DNA of 64,000 bases from Methylophilaceae bacterium (GTDB lineage: Bacteria > Pseudomonadota > Gammaproteobacteria > Burkholderiales > Methylophilaceae). Below the pieces are notes generated by a model. That model was not told the DNA's origin. It ran no database searches and worked only from the letters and a program-made list of their open reading frames with translations. The stretch is from the NCBI GenBank assembly GCA_038924905.1, contig JBCKUK010000005.1, positions 2,266 to 66,265 on the forward strand, given 5' to 3'. Positions 59,010 to 64,000 of this stretch are shown here, piece by piece; positions within the stretch are counted from its first letter, which is position 1; the number at the start of each line of letters is the position of its first letter. The translations under genes were made by a program, and so were the position numbers.

Positions 59010-60434
59010 ATGAATACTGTGGCTGACACCAAAGATTACGTCATTGCCGATTTAAGTTTAGCTGCCTGGGGCCGCAAGGAGATTGCGATTGCCGAGACGG
59101 AAATGCCTGGTTTAATGGCGATTCGTGAAGAATACGCAGTACTGAAACCGCTTCGCGGTGCACGTATTACCGGCTCTCTGCACATGACCATTCAAACTGC
59201 TGTGCTGATCGAAACCCTGAAAGATTTGGGAGCAGAGGTACGCTGGGCATCGTGCAACATCTACTCCACGCAGGATCATGCAGCCGCTGCAATCGCAGCC
59301 GGTGGGACACCTGTATTTGCTGTTAAAGGCGAAAATCTTGATGAATATTGGGATTACACCCACCGCATTTTTGAATGGCCGGATGCTGGCACCAGCTCAC
59401 CGGCCTATAGCAACATGATTCTGGACGATGGTGGCGATGCAACTTTGCTACTGCATTTGGGTAGCAAGGCTGAGAGCGATGCTTCCCTTTTAAGCAATCC
59501 GGGCTCTGAGGAAGAAACCTGTCTGTTCAATTCCATCAAGGCCAAACTGGCAGTCAATGCCAAATGGTATTCCACGCGCCTGTCCAAAATAATCGGCGTG
59601 ACCGAGGAAACCACCACGGGCGTGCACCGACTTTATCAAATGCATAAAGAAGGCCGCTTGGCTTTCCCTGCGATTAACGTCAATGATTCTGTGACCAAGT
59701 CCAAGTTCGATAATCTTTATGGCTGCCGCGAGTCTTTGGTTGATGCCATCAAGCGTGCAACTGATGTCATGATCGCGGGCAAAGTAGCTGTAGTTGCCGG
59801 TTATGGTGATGTGGGTAAAGGCTCCGCGCAAGCCTTGCGAGCTTTATCTGCGCAAGTCTGGGTGACGGAAGTTGACCCCATCTGCGCCTTGCAGGCCGCG
59901 ATGGAGGGCTACCGTGTAGTTACCATGGATTACGCTGCTGAACACGCCGATATTTTTGTCACCGCTACCGGTAACTATCACGTCATTACGCATGAACATA
60001 TGGCAAAAATGAAAGACCAGGCCATCGTTTGCAACATCGGCCACTTCGATAATGAAATTGACGTGGCGTCATTGGAAAAATACCAGTGGGATGAAATCAA
60101 GCCGCAAGTGGACCACGTGATTTTCCCTGAGGGCAAAAAAATTATCCTGTTAGCCAAAGGTCGCTTGGTGAATTTGGGTTGTGGTACCGGCCATCCAAGC
60201 TATGTGATGAGCTCCTCATTTGCCAACCAGACCATCGCGCAGATTGAGTTATTCAGCAATCCAGCGCAATATCCGGTAGGTGTTTATACCTTGCCCAAGC
60301 ATCTGGATGAAAAGGTGGCTGTGTTGCAATTGAAAAAACTCAATGCCCAGTTGACCCGCCTGACTGACCAGCAGGCAGCCTATATAGGAGTGTCTGCGGA
60401 TGGTCCTTACAAGTCGGAGCATTATCGTTATTAG
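59010..60434 (+). CDS. ahcY: adenosylhomocysteinase
   Basis: 474 aa with NAD-binding [12 protein letters not shown], and the motifs [11 protein letters not shown] and [14 protein letters not shown]. Confidence 0.95.
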   Translation: MNTVADTKDYVIADLSLAAWGRKEIAIAETEMPGLMAIREEYAVLKPLRGARITGSLHMTIQTAVLIETLKDLGAEVRWASCNIYSTQDHAAAAIAAGGTPVFAVKGENLDEYWDYTHRIFEWPDAGTSSPAYSNMILDDGGDATLLLHLGSKAESDASLLSNPGSEEETCLFNSIKAKLAVNAKWYSTRLSKIIGVTEETTTGVHRLYQMHKEGRLAFPAINVNDSVTKSKFDNLYGCRESLVDAIKRATDVMIAGKVAVVAGYGDVGKGSAQALRALSAQVWVTEVDPICALQAAMEGYRVVTMDYAAEHADIFVTATGNYHVITHEHMAKMKDQAIVCNIGHFDNEIDVASLEKYQWDEIKPQVDHVIFPEGKKIILLAKGRLVNLGCGTGHPSYVMSSSFANQTIAQIELFSNPAQYPVGVYTLPKHLDEKVAVLQLKKLNAQLTRLTDQQAAYIGVSADGPYKSEHYRY

Positions 60435-60498
60435 TGAGTAAGTGCGCGATTCGGTTTATCGGTCTGGGTTGAATAAAATTTTTCAAGGGAATAGAACC

Positions 60499-60846
60499 AT
60501 GAAGTTACTCATCGTCTGGTTTTTGAATGCGCTTGCCTTGCTTGCTGTTGCCTATTTAATGCCTTCTATACATGTAGCAGGACTGAGCGGGGCATTGATT
60601 GCCGCCGCTGTTATTGGGCTATTTAATGTGTTGATCAGACCCATATTGATATTGCTTACACTGCCTGTCACCGTATTAACGCTGGGCCTATTCATTTTTG
60701 TCATCAATGGCTTGTTGTTTTTCCTGGTCGGCCATCTGCTGCAAGGCTTCGAGGTGCAAAGCTTGTTATCCGGCATACTGGGCGCAGTCCTGTATAGCCT
60801 GATCTCGTGGGCGTTAAGTGCGCTGGTATTAGGCGGCAAAGAATAG
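60499..60846 (+). CDS. small 4-TM membrane protein (phage-holin-4_2-like family)
   Basis: MKLLIVWFLNALALLAVAYL... is hydrophobic throughout. It sits between ahcY and metF. Confidence 0.6.
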   Translation: MKLLIVWFLNALALLAVAYLMPSIHVAGLSGALIAAAVIGLFNVLIRPILILLTLPVTVLTLGLFIFVINGLLFFLVGHLLQGFEVQSLLSGILGAVLYSLISWALSALVLGGKE

Positions 60847-60870
60847 AGCAGAAGTTAGAGGTGCCCTAAA

Positions 60871-61713
60871 GTGAATAAGCAGCCCGTGATCAGCTTTGAA
60901 TTTTTCCCGCCAAAAACGGCAGAAGGCGTAGCCAAGCTACGTGCAACGCGTAAGCAGCTTGCACAATTGCACCCCAAGTTTTTCTCGGTAACCTTTGGCG
61001 CGGGAGGCTCAACGCGCGACCGTACGATGGAAACGGTGCTGGAAATTCAAAGTGAAGGTTTGGGGGTAGCGCCGCATATTTCCTGCATTTCTTCCAGTAA
61101 AGAGGAGATAAGTAGCGTGCTGGCAGCATATCGCGCTAACGGTATACGCCATTTGGTCGCATTGCGCGGCGACATTCCTTCAGGAGAAGTAAGTACCGGT
61201 GATTTTCGCCATGCCAATGAGCTGGTGGCTTTTATCCGACAGGAAACGGCAGATTGGTTTGAGATAGAAGTGGCGGCGTATCCCGAGACTCATCCCGAAG
61301 CGTCTTCGCCAGTTGAGGATTTGAAGTATTTCAAAAACAAGGTGGATGCGGGCGCCAATGCCGCAATCACCCAGTATTTTTACAATCCTGATGCGTACTT
61401 TCGTTTTATCGACCAATGCGGCGCTTTGGGCATTAGCATTCCTGTCGTACCAGGCGTAATGCCGATATATAACTTTACGCAGCTGGCGCGTTTTTCAAGT
61501 GTATGTGGTGCAGAGATTCCGCGCTGGCTACGTTTGAGGCTGCAGGATTACGGTGATGACCTGGCTTCGCTCAGGTCTTTGGGCATGGATGTAGTGACTG
61601 ACTTGTGCGAACAGTTGCTCGCTGGCGGTGCGCCAGGCTTGCACTTTTATACGTTGAATCAGGCGGGGATTATCTCCACCATCGTGCAGCGGCTGGGCAT
61701 TCCGCATAGCTAG
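60871..61713 (+). CDS. metF: methylenetetrahydrofolate reductase
   Basis: ISFEFFPPKT, TFGAGGSTR and ALRGD motifs. GTG start. Confidence 0.9.
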   Translation: MNKQPVISFEFFPPKTAEGVAKLRATRKQLAQLHPKFFSVTFGAGGSTRDRTMETVLEIQSEGLGVAPHISCISSSKEEISSVLAAYRANGIRHLVALRGDIPSGEVSTGDFRHANELVAFIRQETADWFEIEVAAYPETHPEASSPVEDLKYFKNKVDAGANAAITQYFYNPDAYFRFIDQCGALGISIPVVPGVMPIYNFTQLARFSSVCGAEIPRWLRLRLQDYGDDLASLRSLGMDVVTDLCEQLLAGGAPGLHFYTLNQAGIISTIVQRLGIPHS

Positions 61714-61738
61714 TTTTGGCTAGCCGACCGAGTTATTT

Positions 61739-62194
61739 TTAGTGCAGCGTCGGACGATTTTCGCCAAAGACCGCATCTTCCACGAATAAATAATCGTTGG
61801 CTTTGCCTTGATTCCACAGCGCCATTAGCACAATCCAGCGTGTTTCTTCAATGCTGACTTCAGGCTGTGGCAAAGCCATGGCACGGTCAATGACCAGCTC
61901 GCGCTGCGCGGGATTCAACACTTTTGCCTGCTCCAAGAACATCATAAAGCTCAGACTTTCAGCGCTGATTTTCTTGGTTTCTATTTCTGCATACACCCGC
62001 AAGCTCAGACCATGGCCAGATGTGGTGCCGGCCTGATCGGTCATTTCCTCTAATGTGCTAAACCAGTCAAAAGCGCCATTGATATCTTCTTGATTGAAGC
62101 CTGCGGCAAATAGTTCTTTAGATAAAGTACTTTGATCTGGACGAATGTTTGCTTCAAAGTAGTTTTCAAACAGGTACACCAAGACTTCGAACAT
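61739..62194 (-). CDS. smg: Smg (DUF494) protein
   Basis: MFEVLVYLFENY N-terminus. It lies downstream of dprA as in many proteobacteria. Confidence 0.85.
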   Translation of the reverse strand: MFEVLVYLFENYFEANIRPDQSTLSKELFAAGFNQEDINGAFDWFSTLEEMTDQAGTTSGHGLSLRVYAEIETKKISAESLSFMMFLEQAKVLNPAQRELVIDRAMALPQPEVSIEETRWIVLMALWNQGKANDYLFVEDAVFGENRPTLH

Positions 62195-62220
62195 GGAATC
62201 TCCTAAATAGGGTGGCAGGG

Positions 62221-63315
62221 TTAGGTGATTCGCTGGTAGCGTCCTCCCGGCAGGGAAGCAACTTTACTTTCCAGCTCCAGCATCAGTAGCATGGCGGAAA
62301 GGTTATCGCTCGTCAAGCCACTGCGCTCAACTAAAGATTCCATACTAACCGGATCATAGCCCATGCAGTCCAGCAAGGGGTCGACTACAGCGGCCGATGG
62401 CTGATTAGCGAGGATGTCAGGTAATAGCGTACCGCCAAGCTCATCTACAATATCCTGTATGTTATCCACCAGTTTTGCGCCTTGTTTAATTAGCTGGTGG
62501 CAGCCCTTGGATACTGGCGAGTGAATGGAGCCCGGCATGGCAAATACTTCACGGCCTTGCTCGGCAGCCAGCCGTGCAGTGATGAGTGAGCCGCTTTGTA
62601 TATTGGCTTCAACCACCAGACAGCCCAGACTCAGGCCACTAATCAAGCGGTTTCGTCGGGGGAAGTTTTGCGGGCGAGAGGGCGTGCCAAGGGGAAATTC
62701 GGAGATGATGACACCGCGCTCAGCAATCTGATGTGCTAAATCACGATGCTTTGCCGGGTAGACAATATCAAGGCCGGTACCGACCACGGCAATCGTTGCG
62801 CCGCTGGCTTTGAGTGCGCCGCGATGAGCCGCACCATCAATACCGAGCGCCATGCCACTGACTATTGTAAACCCATGCCGGCTAAGCGCCTGGGCAAAAT
62901 CTTCCGCGTTTTTCTCTCCCTGCACGCTGGCGTTGCGGCTACCAACAATGGCGATGCCAGGCGTATTAAGCTGTTGTAATTGGCCCTTGGCATAAATTAA
63001 AGGCGGTGGATCGGGAATTTCCAGTAATGCGCGAGGATAATCGCTATCGGCGAGTGTAATGAGATAATTTTCTGTGTTTTGCAGCCAATCCAGAGTCGGT
63101 GTTATTGCATTCTGGTCTGGCCCAGCACCAATTTGTCGTGCAACTGGCTCGGAGACAACAGTGCGTAATTGCTTGAAAGAGGCGGCGTAAATGGCGGCAG
63201 GGTCGCCAAAGGCACGGAGCAATTGGCAAAACCCCTGATTGCCAAGCTCGTGAATACCACTAAGTGCTACCCATAGCGCCGCATCATCGTTATGGGCAGC
63301 GAGTACTGATGCCAT
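62221..63315 (-). CDS. dprA: DNA-processing protein DprA
   Basis: Rossmann-like core IAIVGSRNAS, VSGMALGIDGAAHRGAL, and a C-terminal winged-helix domain. Confidence 0.88.
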   Translation of the reverse strand: MASVLAAHNDDAALWVALSGIHELGNQGFCQLLRAFGDPAAIYAASFKQLRTVVSEPVARQIGAGPDQNAITPTLDWLQNTENYLITLADSDYPRALLEIPDPPPLIYAKGQLQQLNTPGIAIVGSRNASVQGEKNAEDFAQALSRHGFTIVSGMALGIDGAAHRGALKASGATIAVVGTGLDIVYPAKHRDLAHQIAERGVIISEFPLGTPSRPQNFPRRNRLISGLSLGCLVVEANIQSGSLITARLAAEQGREVFAMPGSIHSPVSKGCHQLIKQGAKLVDNIQDIVDELGGTLLPDILANQPSAAVVDPLLDCMGYDPVSMESLVERSGLTSDNLSAMLLMLELESKVASLPGGRYQRIT

Positions 63316-63317
63316 TT

Positions 63318-64000
63318 TTAAGGCGTTTGTACCGAATACAGAACGCTGACTGGTTCAGTTGCCTGCATGATCAGGCCGTATGAAACGCGCGCAAAAGTAC
63401 GAAATATCATAAGCAAACCAACACGTTCATTGGGCAATTTGATGAATCCGGGAGGAGCTTTGCTAGAATCTTCTTTCGGAAAGTTAATTTCCCATTGCCC
63501 ATCTTCTCTGCGCTTGGTTTCAACATTAAGCTCTTTTAATTTGTTATGGTTAGAGGCTGCCTTGGGGTCTCGAACGACACCACCTTTTTGATAAATAGCC
63601 AATACATGCCCATCTTCCAGTCCATCGTCGCTGCCACGGTCAATCGTGACAATTGAGTTGGTGGAAGATTCACCAATACCAACGTGTGCATAGATCGAAA
63701 TAATATTCCCGGTGATTTGATCGTCTGGCGCGTGGGGAATGAAACTCGCCGTTGTTTCTTCGGGCGCGGCAACCAGCTTATCACCCTTAAAGATTTCTTC
63801 CTTGGCACGTATAATCTCCGCAGTTGCTGGTTCGCCATAGTTGGTGATATCGGCGTCCCCCAGATAAATTGCTTCAGTACCCAGGACTTCCTTGGTGGCA
63901 GGGTCAACTAGCACTTTACCATTGCGGTAAACCTGCCAGGCAGTGCTAGTACCCTCTTCAATTTTGTCCACATATATTTTAACGCCAGGACTCAAAACAA
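63318..64000 (-). CDS. C-terminal part of the LysM-domain protein that usually precedes dprA (5' end outside the window)
   Basis: Frame is open to the window edge. The call rests mainly on conserved position; the LysM motif itself would lie outside the window. Confidence 0.5.
   Translation of the reverse strand, partial: VLSPGVKIYVDKIEEGTSTAWQVYRNGKVLVDPATKEVLGTEAIYLGDADITNYGEPATAEIIRAKEEIFKGDKLVAAPEETTASFIPHAPDDQITGNIISIYAHVGIGESSTNSIVTIDRGSDDGLEDGHVLAIYQKGGVVRDPKAASNHNKLKELNVETKRREDGQWEINFPKEDSSKAPPGFIKLPNERVGLLMIFRTFARVSYGLIMQATEPVSVLYSVQTP

Overview
Chromosomal window that looks betaproteobacterial. My guess is a Methylophilaceae-type methylotroph, which I cannot verify here. About two thirds is AT-leaning housekeeping DNA in familiar syntenies: infB (5' partial)-rbfA-truB-rpsO-pnp, dksA, folD, tRNA-Pro/Arg/His, moeB, valS, tusA-like plus rhodanese, tRNA-Phe, cobalamin riboswitch-btuB-btuM-like, zapA plus 6S RNA, ilvA, rpiA, phoU, yggX, DUF2946 plus TonB receptor, xerC-DUF484-dapF, an lpxL-like gene, metK, SAH riboswitch-ahcY-membrane protein-metF, and smg-dprA-LysM (partial). 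Three accessory segments interrupt it. (1) 8.4-31.1 kb is a visibly G+C-richer mosaic island next to tRNA-His. It holds a YqaJ/Sak/ArdC module, IS21/IS3 wreckage, a complete MSHA-type type IV pilus locus (pilin operon 13.1-17.7 kb converging on the biogenesis operon 29.0-18.0 kb) and phage debris. It ends with a vapBC cassette bracketed by a duplicated moeB 5' end. (2) 31.9-33.6 kb is a junkyard with a DUF559 endonuclease gene flanked by REPIN-like repeat pairs and two 5'-truncated genes. A related repeat unit sits in frame inside valS. (3) 37.1-41.7 kb is an integrase-less islet in tRNA-Phe bounded by 45-nt direct repeats. It carries a decayed higBA, an NTF2-like cassette between ~165-bp direct repeats, and an RHH-coupled orphan N6-adenine methyltransferase. 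I saw no CRISPR array, rRNA, intact transposase or intact integrase. All calls are made by eye from motifs, repeats and synteny with no database search. Coordinates of RNA and repeat features may be off by a few nt.
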